DNA of 64,000 bases from Octopus sinensis. Lineage: Eukaryota. This document shows, one piece after another, positions 38,845 through 51,975 of this stretch. The position numbers and the translations under genes were made by a program. The notes below the pieces were generated by a model. The model was given only the letters and a program-made list of their open reading frames with translations, was not told where the DNA came from and ran no database searches. Numbering within the stretch: the first letter of the stretch is position 1; each line of letters opens with the position of its first letter. The stretch spans positions 4,340,001 to 4,404,000 of the forward strand of contig NC_043021.1 of the NCBI RefSeq assembly GCF_006345805.1, written 5' to 3'.

Positions 38845-39658
38845 TTAATTTATTCTTTTACTTGTTTCAGTCATTTGACTGTGGCCAAGATGGAGCACCT
38901 CCTTACAGGGTTTTAGTAAAAAAAAATCAATCCCAGGACTTATTCTTTGTAAGCCTAGTACTTATTCTATCAGTCTCTTTCGCTGAACCAGTAAGTTACA
39001 GGGGTGTAAACACACCAACATCAGTTGCCAAGCAATGGTGATGTGCACACACATAAATACACACATATATACAATGGGCTTCTTTCAGTTTCCATTTTTG
39101 CAATCCACTCACAAGGCTTTTGGTCAGCTTGAGGCTATAGTAGAAAACACTTGCCCAGGGTATCACACAGTGGGACTGAACCCAGAACCATGTGGTTGGG
39201 ACTGAAAGCTTCTCACCACACAGCCACACCTGCACCTATTTACTCTTTTACTTGTTTCAGTCATTTGACTGCGGCCATGCTGGAGCACCGCCTTTAGTCG
39301 AGCAAATCGACCCCAGGACCTATTCTTAGTAAGCCCAGTACTTATTCTATCGGTCTCTTTTGTCGAACTGCTAAGTGACGGGGACGTAAACACACCAGCA
39401 TCGGTTGTCAAGAGATGTTGGGAGGACAAACACAGACACACAAACATACACACACACATACATACACATATCTATATATATATATACATATATACGACAG
39501 GCTTCTTTCAGTTTCCGTCTACCATATCCACTCACAAGGCATTGGTCGGCCCGGGGCTATAGCAGAAGACACTTGCCCAAGATGCTACGCAGTGGGACTG
39601 AACCCGGAACCATGTGGTTGGTTAGCAAGCTACTTACCACACAGCCACACCTGCACCT
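38845..39658 (-). mobile_element. Two tandem family A SINEs (38845-39238 and 39241-39658)
   Basis: The tail of the second copy abuts the head of the first. Confidence 0.85.
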
Positions 39659-39859
39659 ATTCAGATAATTTTAAATCAGAAAGTGTGCGTCGTAGCTCCG
39701 GGGCAGTTTCAGGTAGGTTAATATTAAAACAGTTAAACCATATCTTGTAGTCGTGACGATGGGACACTGCTGAAGACATGAAGTATCAATTTAGTATTCC
39801 TTTATTTCATCTGTTACACATATTTCTGTTTTTGATAATTGATAATGTCATATTATAAA

Positions 39860-40256
39860 CTAGCAGTATTGCCTGGCGTTGCTCGGGTTTGTAAGGGAAA
39901 TAACTATATAAGCATTTTTAGAGATGTAAAGTATTATAGCCATCTCGATATGGCTAACCACAAAGGGTGGGGTGTTACTATAGATTTTTACGTTCTGAGA
40001 TTTAATAATAAATTTTTAGAGAGTTACTTCCCTTATATATGCCAAAAATGCACTAAAAATGGGAAAAATTGATGGTAAATTTTTTTTTAAATCGTAGACT
40101 CATCGTAGACGCGCGCTAATATCCAGAAGGGCTCGATATGAATCACGACTATAAGATCCCCGCTTTTGGTTAAACTGCACCGCAAAATGTGGGAGTAGTT
40201 AGGAATCTAAATCATAGGAGACAGACAGCACACAACCTCACTTTTATATATAAAGA
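39860..40256 (-). mobile_element. Non-autonomous Helitron carrying an extra internal segment
   Basis: CTAG at 39860-39863, hairpin, and TC terminus at 40255-40256; homologous to 13723. Confidence 0.9.
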
Positions 40257-41128
40257 TGTAACTTACAAAGAATACGTGTGTGTATGTGTGTGTGTGTGTG
40301 ACTTTGTGTTTGTCCCTCACCACCATTTGAGAACTGAAGTGGGTTCCTTTATAACCCCACAAATTTGTGGCGAAAGAGACCAATTGAATACGTATAAGAC
40401 TTTAAAAGTCTCAATCCTGGGATTGATTTGTTCCACTAAATCCATCAAAGAGGGGCCCAAGCATAGCGGTAGTCCAATTACTGAAACAAGTAAAAGATAA
40501 AAAAAAAAATTTTTTTTAAGTACTTTATTGCTTGACAACCGATGTTGGTATGTTTATGTCCCAGTAACTTAACGGTTTGGCAAAAGAGAACACTAGAATA
40601 AGTACCAAACATACAAAGAATAAGTCCTGGGATTAATTTGTTTGACTGAAAGTGGTGCTCCAGCATGGCCACAGTCAAATGACTGAAACGAGTTTAAGAA
40701 TTAAAGAATATGAAGTCAAATAAATTATGATAGTAACATATTTTATTACCTACATTCACTAGTATGCAGTCATGCATATATTGTCTTTGTTCTAGAATGA
40801 ACAATCAACAAATTTATCCATGCATGGGTAAATTTCAACAGATAGTACCATAGTGAAGTGTAACAACAGATACTTTTTTTATAGGGTTCTATTCTTCTGT
40901 ATTAAATCCACAAAGACAGTATCTTGTCTCAACAGCAGTACATTATCAGTAACCTCAATCTCTTCTGTCTATGAGGCATTTAGTTCAGTTTACATTACAA
41001 TACAAGCGTTTATGTTGTTCAGCCCTGAGTAAATCCTGATCAAGCAAAGAAAGGCATCCTGACTGTGATCAACTCCACTTTTTAGTTTTCAGGCCTACAA
41101 TATATATGTATATATATACATATATATA

Positions 41129-41515
41129 CTTGCAGTATTGCCCGGCGTTGCTCGGGTTTGTAAGGGAAATAACTATATAAGCATTTTTAGAGAGTTATAG
41201 CCAAAAAATAGCAAAATAATGCATTCAAAATGGGAAAAAAATTATGGTAAATTTTTTTTTAAATCGTTGACTCATCGTAGACATTTTTAGAGAATTACTT
41301 CCCTTATATAATAGCGGAAAAATGCATTAAAATGGAAAAAAATTATGGTAAATTTTTTTTTAAATCGTAGACGCGCGCTAATGCCCAGAAGGGCTCGATA
41401 TGAATCATGACTATAAGATACCCGCTTTTGGTTAAACTGCACCGCAAAATGTGGGAGTAGTTAGGAATCTAAATCGTAGGAGACAGACACACAACTTCTC
41501 TTTTATATATAAAGA
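41129..41515 (-). mobile_element. Non-autonomous Helitron (CTAG mutated to CAAG), with an internal duplication
   Basis: Same termini and body as the 13723 and 39860 copies. Confidence 0.9.
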
Positions 41516-42548
41516 TATATATATATATATCTTCAATATCCTGTGTCAATTGCCTTTGTGCTAGTATGGTGGTTGGTTATGATTCCTGAAAAATTTCACT
41601 ACTATTTCTGGTAGACAAGCAAACATCAATTGATAAAAATGATGAACAATCTTAATCAATGTTCAACAGTTATTGAGGTCTCATCAGAGGTGACTGATCA
41701 CTTTACCAATCCCAGAGAAACACGTAGCTACTCTGTTTATATACACAACAAATCCAGTAGCTTCAGAGAGTAACTTCTTTAATTTATTTCAGTCATTTGA
41801 CTGTGGCCATGCCTTGAAGGTTTTAGTCAAACAAATCAACGACAGGACTTATTTTATTTGGGGTTTTTTAAGCCTAGTTCTTCTTCTGTTTCTTTTGCCA
41901 AACCACTTAATTACAGGGATGTAAACACACCAACACAGGTTGCCAAGCAGTGGTGGGGGACAAACACAGACTCAGAAATATAAGACAGGTATCTTTCGGT
42001 TTCTGTCTACCAAATCCATTCACAAAGCTTTGGTCAACCCAAAGCTGTAGTAGAAGACACTTGCCCAAGGTGTCATGCAGTGGGACTGAACACAGAACCA
42101 CGTGGTTGGGAAGCAAGCTTCTTACCACAGTGTCACACTTATTATTATAAGTATTTAACATTTAATCTAAAATTTGCTGCCTGTCAACAGAGATCCCAAT
42201 CCACACAGTATGATACATATATATGATATATATATATATATGTGAGGTATACTAGCCATCTCAATATGGCTAACCACTAAGGGTAGGTGTTACTGTAGCT
42301 TGTAGCCCCAAGAGATCATCGTCTCCAGCTGGCTTTAGGCTCACTTTCTGTGCCCTTATGGTATTTGCAAAGGGAGGTCATCCCTCTCTCGTAAGCCTAA
42401 GTGATACACACGGACTGCAGTTTCTAAGTTTTGACCTGCCCTCAGCGTACGACAATCACCAGTTTTCGATGAAGAGAGACCCAATGCAAATCCTTATAAC
42501 GTTTTTCCAGTAACTTTTCGTCACTGATCTCGAAAAACTGTATACAAG

Positions 42549-42757
42549 CAATAATAAATCTCTGAACGAGATGTAAACAGTAACTGCACGACAATGTGAG
42601 GTATACTAGCCATCTCAATATGGCTAGCCACTAAGGGTGGGTGTTACTGTAGCTTTTAGCCCCAGGAGAACATCTCCTCCAGCTGACTTTAGGCACACTT
42701 TCTGTGACTTTATGTCGTGCAGTTACTGTTTACATCTCGTTCAGAGATTAATTATTG
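42549..42757. mobile_element. MITE-like element with ~45-bp terminal inverted repeats
   Basis: 42549-42593 is inverted at 42713-42757 with 1 mismatch; the ~120-bp core is directly repeated at about 42239-42360. Confidence 0.7.
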
Positions 42758-42799
<42 letters not shown>

Positions 42800-43677
42800 A
42801 TAAATGATAACATATATAAACAATCCTCTATTTATCTGATATCAAGGTCTCATTCTTTTGTTGTCACTTTTTGTTATTATTATTATTATTATTATTATTT
42901 TATATACATATATATATATATAAGCATGATATATATGAACTTAAGTAGTAGGTTTTTGCCTTGCAGCTGAAGAGGTTTGTGGCTTGCAGGTTACTTGATG
43001 ACCCTGTCAGTGGTGGTGATGCCATGCAAAAATAGTACCCATGCAGGTGCCATGTAAAAAGCACCCACTCTGTAAAGTGGCTGGCATCAGAAAGAGCATC
43101 CAGCTATAGAAACCAAGCCAAAACACATGACTGGAACCTGGTGCAGCTTACCAGCTCTGGTCAAACTGTCCATCTCATGCCAGCACGGAAAACAGATGTT
43201 AAAGGATGAATTAATTAGCAGAGTGAAGTATTACACAATTCTGGAAAAGAAAAAGTTTTAGGTATTGACAATACCTACAAACTCGAGCATGTCCAACCAC
43301 CACCACCACCACCACCACCATCTAATCGTAGGCTTAAAAACTAGTCTCGGAAAGTCAAACTATACACAACACAAACATATACAGTGACAGAATGCATCAG
43401 ACTATAAATACTGACGATGGTTGCTATTTGTTTTCTTTTACCGAGGAGCAGCAGCGGAAGCAGTGAAGAAACACGAAGCATTAAGTCACTACCTACAATA
43501 CAGCAAACAATAGCTATAAGTAACACCAATGTCAGTAGGTGTTAAACATCTAAAAATATATGCCATAACCTAAAAGATTAGAAGCATGGGGTTATGAAAA
43601 CAGCATTACTTTAATCCTGAAACTACTTGAAAAAATAATAATTATAATATCATTTTGAATTAACTTCGTTGCCTCAC

Positions 43678-43773
43678 CTTGCATCTTTATACTGTGATTG
43701 CGTGTTTTGTTAAGTTTTTTTGGGGTTTTTTTTTTGCTTCTATCAATTTCTCTTTTAAGTCTTAACTCCTTCT
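43678..43773 (-). other. Candidate spliced exon (96 nt), possibly 5' UTR ending in ATG CAA G
   Basis: TTTTTCTCTCCAAG acceptor and AAG|GTGAGG donor; lies in a SINE-free island. Confidence 0.35.
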
Positions 43774-44180
43774 CTTGGAGAGAAAAATAACAAAACAATC
43801 TCACTTGGACAGATTCTCTAATGACAATTCATTCGTGCATTCATTTATACTTTTTCATTTAACATAGGTGAGGGTTAGACAACAGTTATGATTCATGCAT
43901 CTTCTAGCTTTAACCTCTTGCCTTTCAAAAACATTTTCATTAGTTTTGTCTTAGACACACATGCTCATTTTTAGACTATTAGTTAGTCCTTATTTCATAT
44001 GTCCTGCATAATATAAAACTTTCTTTTCCCAAGTCCCATGTTACACTTGTGGTCAAAGAAAATTGGAAACTTGTATCATACATGATGCATAATACAAAGG
44101 TACTAGGTGGTTCAGAACTATCTAATTTCATGAATAAAAATACTAATCAGTCTCAAATCTTACTTTGAAGATTAGAGTTT

Positions 44181-44299
44181 TGTACCGGAATGGACATAGC
44201 CAGTCTGAAAGAAGTGGCCCAGGATAGAACTGACTGGAGGACACTGATCCAACGAGTGACCGAGAGTCGACTTCGACTGAGCGGTTAGAAGAAGAAGAC
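44181..44299 (+). mobile_element. 5'-truncated RTE (BovB-like) LINE 3' end
   Basis: CTGMDIASLKEVAQDRTDWRTLIQRVTESRLRLSG* followed by an (AGA)n tail. Confidence 0.8.
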
Positions 44300-45678
44300 T
44301 TCTTTGAAATTAATAAATGTCACTCTTCAAAAAATCTGAAAACTTCTAGACTGCATCTTGAAGGGTCAGAAAAATGTTTAGAAAGACTGCTAGTATAAAA
44401 TATTCTTTTCCTTGTTAAATTGACATGGAAGTATACTCTGAAGGGTAAAATAAAAGCTAGTGGACAAAAACCTAATCATTGTCAGTTGCACCTGTACAAC
44501 CAGTGCACTTAACATGGCAGATTAATAATATGAAACTAGAGCGCATCAAAGGAGGTAATTGTTTCAATTACCTAATTTTTACAAACAGCTCAGTACCAAA
44601 TTAGCCATACAATTAAATGTGTAAGAAGACACTACCTTTTAATGCAGTCTTTCCCCAGCTAATTAATTAGATGACCAGTGGGTAGGAAGAGCCAAGTAAA
44701 ATTGAAAATGTCACAACAAATATAGGAGTGAAAGTACAAAACACAGGTAAAGATATAAAAGATAAACAAAAAAAAAAGCAAAAGGGGCAATTCTGCATTC
44801 AAATACACTTTGTATTTTTATTCACACTTAGGATCAAATATTTTATTCTAATCTTTATCTTTTCCTTTCTTTTTACTTTTCTTCGGTCATTCTGGGTTGC
44901 AGAATTGAAGAATTTTTTTGTGAAATGAATCGACCCATGTATTTATTTTTTAAAGCCTGGTACTTATTCTACTTATTCTATCAGCCGCTTTTGTCTCAAC
45001 TGTTAAGTTGCAAGGATGTAAACCCACCAACACTGGTTGTCAAGTGTGTGTGTGTGTGTGTGTCTGTATGTGAAGTGGGGACAAACACACACACATACAC
45101 ATATATACAACAGTCTTCTTTCAGTTTCCATCCACTAAATCCACTCACAAGGCTTTGGTTAGCCTGAAGCTATAGTAGGAGACACTTTCCCAAGATTCCT
45201 AACAGTGGGAGTGAAACCAAACCCATGGGATTGGAAGCAAGCTTCTTACCACACAGCCACACATGCACCTATATTGTTGAGGATCTTTCTAAACCATGCA
45301 CACATCAACATAGGTAAGACTGGGATTCCACTTTGGGGCTAGAAAATTATCCAGCCTGCAATGATTGATAAACCTTTTGTAAAGGTCCAAGTGAGACCCA
45401 CAATGGACTACTGCTCCCACAGTTGTTGTTATCAGCTGCTACACACACATATCCTAGATAAATAATAGGCTACTCATGTGAACGGGAGCAACGTGAAATA
45501 AAGTGTCTTGCTCAAGAACACGACACACAGCCTGGTCTGGGAATGGAACTCACTAACGACAAGTTGGAATAGTTGCAGACTGGAACAGAAACAGTGTGAA
45601 TTGACATGAAAATACTGAAGCTGACAAAATGTAAACTTCTCATTTTGGAAATGGTTTTTTCAGAACTCTTAGGATTAA

Positions 45679-45896
45679 CCCTTTAGTATTTAAACCGGCC
45701 ATATCCGGCCAAAATAGTTAATCTGTTTTATGTTCAAACTGACCAGATCCAGGCTCTCACACCTACCCTACAATGTTATTCTACATTAAGTAATAACACC
45801 ATCAAGATCTTGAAGATATGAGAAAATGCATGATTAATTGAAATCAATGGGAATCAATAAGCATTATGTTTGATTGATAATCTGAGCACTAAGGGG
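45679..45896. mobile_element. piggyBac-type MITE family 2 (218 bp)
   Basis: TTAA TSDs; inverted homologue of the 25707 copies. Confidence 0.85.
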
Positions 45897-46111
45897 TTAA
45901 AGAACAATGGAAAATTTGAAAACCAAATGTTCTACTGCAATCGTTTATATAAAGCTTGATTAAACAAAGGTTCCATAAAGATTATGAAAATGGAATCTAC
46001 AAATAAAAATCAGATCAATCATTGTGAAGCTCAGGTTTTTAGAAGTTACAAAATAAAAAAAAAATAAAGAGAAACATAAAAACTTGGGTTGTTATTTGTA
46101 TTCTTTCTTTT

Positions 46112-46516
46112 CTTTCTTTTACTTGTTTCAGTCATTTGACTGCGGCCATGCTGGAGCACCGCCTTTTAGTTGAGCAACTCGACCCCGGGACTTATTCTTT
46201 TGTAAGCCCAGTACTTATTCTATCGGTCTCTCTTTTGCCGAACCCCTAAGTGACGGGGACGTAAACACACCAGCATCGGTTGTCAAGCAATGCTAGGGGG
46301 ACAAACACAGACACACAAACACACACACACACACATATATATACATACATATATACGACAGGCTTATTTCAGTTTCCGTCTACCAAATCCACTCACAAGG
46401 CATTAGTCGGCCCGAGGCTATAGTAGAAGACACTTGCCCAAGATGCCACGCAGTGGGACTGAACCCGGAACCATGTGGTTGGTTAGCAAGCTACTTACCA
46501 CACAGCCACTCCTACA
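46112..46516 (-). mobile_element. SINE family A
   Basis: Full-length copy. Confidence 0.9.
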
Positions 46517-47871
46517 CCTCAATTCTCAATTTCAGAGGTGGAGATGGATGGATGGATGTGTTTGTGTGTTTGCATGCATAATGGTTGTGTGTGTGTGTGT
46601 GATGGATGCATGTATATGTGTGATGGTTGTCGGTGTGTGATGGATGTACATACGTGATGGATGCGTGTGTGTGATAGTTGTGTGAGTATGTATGTACATA
46701 TGTGGGGTACCTTTGGGCTGACCGCTGTCTTGTGAGTAAATTTGGTAGATAAAAACTGTGTGGAAACCTGTTGTGTGTGTGTGTGTTTATAACCCCATGA
46801 CCATTTGATACCAGTGTTGGTTTGTTTACATCCCCATCACTCGGCAGACCAGCAAAAACAGACTGATAGAATAAATATCAGACTTTAAAAAGAAAAAAAA
46901 AAGTACTGGAGTCAATCTGCTTAGCTAAAATCCTTCAAGGTAGTGCCCCAGCATGGCCACAGTCTAGTGACTGCAACAAGTAAAAGTCTCACACAAGCAA
47001 GCAAACTGGTATATCTTTTCCCGTACATCAGTGGTAGATCTAAACATCACTGACAAACAGTTGCTGTTCAAAGTCCTTGTCACTATTTCACCATCAGAAG
47101 CATACTGAGTCATGATTGGCCCAATTAGAGATCTATAACCAATAATATTATTGACTATTAAATGTGCTACCAAATACGATAAAATAAAAAGCTATGAAAA
47201 ATATGGATCAAAGATTACAGAGCAAGCTTTTGAAGTGTAACATATTGTCTTGTTAAAGGAGCTTCAAACTGTAGAATGCTGGTTTCAGTCATTGGATGGC
47301 AACCATGATGGGATACAGTCTTGAAGGGTTTAATCAAACAAATTGACTTCAGGACTTATTTTATTCTATCTCTGATCAAACTGCTAAGTTACAAGTGGTG
47401 ATGGCTGGATAGAAACGTTAGCATGCCAGGCGAAATGCTTAGCAGTATTTCGTCTGCCGCCACGTCCTGAGTTCAAATTCCGCCGAGGTCGACTTTGCCT
47501 TTCATCCTTTCAGGGTCGATTAAATAAGTACCAGTTATGCACTGGGGTCGATGTAATCAACTTAATCCATTTGTCTGTCTTTGTTTGTCCTCTCTGTGTT
47601 TAGCCCCTTGTGGGTAGTAAAGAAATATATATTCTTTTATTCTTTTACTTGTTTCATTCATTTGACTACAGCCATGTTGCAGCACCACATTAAGGGGTCT
47701 CAGTCGAACAGCTCTACCCCAGGAGTTATTCTTTGTAAGCCTAGTACTTATTCTATCAGTTTCTTTAGAAACCTTTTAATTAACAACATTCATGGATTTA
47801 TTTATGGAGATTTGACACAGAATGAAAGAAAAACACCTGAGTGAAACAGAACCAAACTAATTTGTGCATCA

Positions 47872-47925
<54 letters not shown>

Positions 47926-48500
47926 GCATGCAGCATCTAACACACGTACATGTACCAAAACACACATGCAACAAATAACACATGCACATACACCAACACA
48001 CACGCATATCCAACAGCACACACACATGCAACAACAGACACACCAACTAATAAATATAGACATGCCAACTTGCACCTCAACACACATGCACCAACACTAA
48101 CTTACACATCAACAAACACACACACACACACACACATATATGTACACCTGAACCAACGGATGCATACAAATCCACCTACCAATACACTCACACACCAACA
48201 CACACGCACCAGCTATCACCCACCCACCCACACACTCACCAACTACCACTAACACACACACACACATGCACCAATTAACACACACCCCACTAACATAGAT
48301 AAGGAAAATAAACTTGGCGATGAGTCAGTCAGTAAGAGATAAATCAAAGTTAAGTTTTAAAATTTGACAACTCCAAAGAAAAAACATTCAGAATCTTATG
48401 AAAATCTAATAAACCCGTTAGCATTTAAGCCAGCTAAACCCAGCCAGAATATTCTGCATGTTTAAGCAATGTGTTCATGGATGATTAAGGGGTTAGATGG

Positions 48501-48592
48501 ATGGGGGATCACTCGGCTCGTCCGTCGATGAAGAGCGCGGCTATCCGCGTGAACTGATGCGAATTGCAGGACTCGGTGAACATCGACACCTC
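48501..48592 (+). pseudogene. 5.8S rRNA fragment (5' portion, retroposed)
   Basis: GGATCACTCGGCTCGTCCGTCGATGAAGAGCGCGGC...GAATTGCAGGAC...CATCGACAC aligns without gaps to the conserved eukaryotic 5.8S as I recall it; no ITS or 28S flanks. Confidence 0.9.
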
Positions 48593-48597
48593 TTAAT

Positions 48598-48830
48598 GAA
48601 GGTGGCGAGCTGGCAGAAACGTTAGCACAGCCGGCAAAATACTTAGCAGTACTTCGTCTGCTCCTACGTTCTGAGTTCAAATTCCGCCGGGGTCCACTTT
48701 GCCTTTCATCCTTTCGGGGTCGATTAAATAAGTACCAGTTATGCACTGGGGGTCGATGTAATTGACTTAATTCCTTCGTCTGTCCTTGTTTGTCCCCTCT
48801 ATGTTTAGCCCCCTGTGGGCAATAAAGAAA
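48598..48830 (+). mobile_element. SINE family B fused downstream of the 5.8S fragment
   Basis: Full family B body; 15-bp TSD TAAGGGGTTAGATGG (48486-48500 and 48831-48845) encloses both parts. Confidence 0.9.
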
Positions 48831-50368
48831 TAAGGGGTTAGATGGGTACTGATGAAGGGACAAAATCTCCTGAAACATGGCATATATGCCCATCACTTTT
48901 TCATCTTCAATTTCATTGTTTCAGGTATGAAATGCCATAACAAAAATCAGTGCTGGCCATAATTTCTATAGAACACCCATAGAGAAAATCTTAACAAGTG
49001 ATGTCTGTTTTATGTTCAAACTGGCCAGATCCAAATCTCACACCTACCCAACAATGTCATTCTGAAAATATACCATCACATCATTGAAATCTCAAAGCTA
49101 TGAGACAAAATAGGATTAATTCAAAACAATGTGAATAAATAAGCATTACATTTCAGAGAGGGTCAATCAGCCTTGAAAGGTTTAGTTAAAGAAATCACCC
49201 CCACCCCCGTGCTTTTTTTTTTTTTTTTAATGCAAGGTACTTAATTCTATCAGTCTTTTTTTCCTGACCTGCTAAGTTATGGGAAAGTAAACAAACCAGC
49301 ACAGGTTATCAAGACTAGTGGTGAGAAACACACACACACACACACACAACAGGTTTCTTTCAGTTTCCATCTACCAAATCCAATCACATGGCTCGCTCAA
49401 GGTGCCACACACTGAGACTGAATCCAGAACCATGTGGTTGAAAAACAAACTTCTTACCACACTGCCACTCTTGCACCTATATATATATTACTCTTTTTTT
49501 TACTCTTTTACTTGTTTCAGTCATTTGACTGCGGCCATGCTGGAGCACCACCTTTAGTCGAGCAAATCGACCCCGGGACTTATTCTTTGTAAGCCCAGTA
49601 CTTATTCTATCGGTCTCAAAATGGGACATGGGACTATCTTCTACTATAGAATTGGTTTTACCCTAGTTCATCTAATGAGCCCCAGTTTATTACTAGTATT
49701 TAATTTGAATAAGGAAGAAAGTCGAAGTATGCTCAGCCAGGGTTTAAACTAGGAATGTAAAAAGAACATGACTAAATCCTGTTAGGGGTTTAAACTAGTG
49801 CCTTACAAAATGTAATGGGGACTAGAGGTAGCAGTGGAGGGGAAAAAAATAAAATGGAAAAGGGTAAATACTTCCAGCGAATACAAACACCCAATACTTC
49901 ATAGCAAACACGTCCTCAGTACATAGGTACAGAATGTAAAGAGAAGTGAAGTGGTTGGTACTGAATGCAAATACTAGCATCACCATCACCATCACCATCA
50001 CCACCACCCACATGACCAATCTGAAGTAGGTTAATTATCATGGTATCTATTTCCGCTCTACCTACGAGGGAATCTATTAAAAAATTACTTTCAATAAAAT
50101 GATAGTCCACTTCAGTTACTAGTCTCTCTGCTTCTTTCAAACTTCCATTGAACGGACAAAGTAAATTTTTTTTTTTAGGGCAGAAATAGGTGACTGTAGC
50201 AGCAACAGCTGTGGTACCAACATTTAAAAGAAAGAATGACAAGTCACTGACAAGATGGTCTCATACACACAATACTTCTCTATCTATCTGTATACACACT
50301 TGGAAAAAATCAATAGCTACTTATAAACATTTATATACCTCAACACTGCCTGTCCGTCTGTCTGTTTG

Positions 50369-50398
50369 TAGATAGATAGACAGATGGATAGATAGATG

Positions 50399-50486
<88 letters not shown>

Positions 50487-50487
50487 C

Positions 50488-50536
<49 letters not shown>

Positions 50537-50557
50537 TATAGGTAGATAGATAGATAC

Positions 50558-50589
<32 letters not shown>

Positions 50590-50652
50590 GGACAGATAGA
50601 TAGACAGATGGATAGATAGATAGATATATATATATAGATAGATAGACAAATG

Positions 50653-50683
<31 letters not shown>

Positions 50684-50690
50684 GGATAGA
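50369..50690. repeat. (GATA)n microsatellite
   Basis: About 320 bp of imperfect GATA, running into a SINE A tail. Confidence 0.95.
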
Positions 50691-50777
50691 TTTTACTTGT
50701 TTTAGACAGATTGTGGCCATGCTGGAGCATGGCCTTGAAGAGTCTTTAGTCAAATGAATCAACCCCAATACATTATA

Positions 50778-51179
50778 TACTCTTTACTCTTTTACTTGTT
50801 TCAGTCATTTGACTGCGGCCATGCTGGAGCACCGCCTTTAGTCGAGCAAATCGACCCCGGGACTTATTCTTTGTAAGCCCAGTACTTATTCTATCAGTCT
50901 CTTTTGCCGAACCGCTAAGTGACAGGGACGTAAACACACCAGCATCGGTTGTCAAGCAATGCTAGGGGGACAAACACAGCCACAGAAACACATACACACA
51001 CATATATACATATATACGACAGGCTCCTTTCAGCTTCCGTCTACCAAATCCACTCACAAGGCATTGGTTGGCCCAGGGCTATAGCAGAAGACACTTGCCC
51101 AAGGTGCCACGCAGTGGGACTGAACCCGGAACCATGTGGTTGGTTCGCAAGCTACTTACCACACAGCCACTCCTGCGCC
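50778..51179 (-). mobile_element. SINE family A
   Basis: Full-length copy. Confidence 0.9.
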
Positions 51180-51335
51180 TATATATATATATATATTTTT
51201 TTTTTGAGCTTGGTACTTATTTTATCAGTCTGTTTTGCTGAAATGCTAAGTTACAGGAATGTAAACACACTAACACCAGTTGTCAAGCAGTAGTGGGGGA
51301 CAAACAAAACACACAGACAGACAGACAGACAGACA

Positions 51336-51366
<31 letters not shown>

Positions 51367-51796
51367 TATATATACATACAATTGGCGTCTTTTGGTTTCC
51401 ATCTAACAAATCCACTCCCAAGGCTTTGGTCAGCTCGAAGCTATAGCAGAAGGCCCAAGGTGCCATGCAGTAGGGCTGAACTTAGAACCATGAAGTTGGG
51501 AAGCAAGCTTCTTAACACAAAGCCATGTTTTATATATGACTGTCCACTAAACAACTACGACCAAACTGCACAAACAATGTCTTCAATGAGAAAATAGCCC
51601 AGGAGCATCATGTGTCTAGTGGCCTAATTCTGATATATGGCTTTCTATCAATAAACTAGCACTTATAAGGCCCACTGCATCAATTTGCCCAGGGACCAAT
51701 GATACTGCTAAGACAGGCCCTGTGTAGAAAGTGCCAAAATGTTTTCTTATAAAGTTTGTTCATAGAATTCTAGTATCAAAACACAATTGTCTAAAG

Positions 51797-51975
51797 CAGT
51801 GGTTTTCAACCAGGGTTCCGCAAGAAGTTACAAAACTGCTAAAATCGACAGTAATTTTTAATTCTCCTGTGCAGATGTGTGTGCATAAGACAATTAAATT
51901 ATTAGCCAGGGGTTCCTCGAGCCAGTGGAATGTTTCCTTGGGGTTCCGCTCCAGCAAAAATGTTGAAAAGCACTG
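51797..51975. mobile_element. hAT (Charlie-like) MITE, 179 bp
   Basis: TIRs CAGTGGTTTTCAAC / GTTGAAAAGCACTG; perfect 8-bp TSD GTCTAAAG. Confidence 0.9.

Noticed and set aside
43442-43481. Signal-peptide-like MLRVSSLLPLLLL followed by a GTAAAA donor
   Set aside because: Too short to distinguish from chance and does not fit a cytoplasmic coiled-coil host
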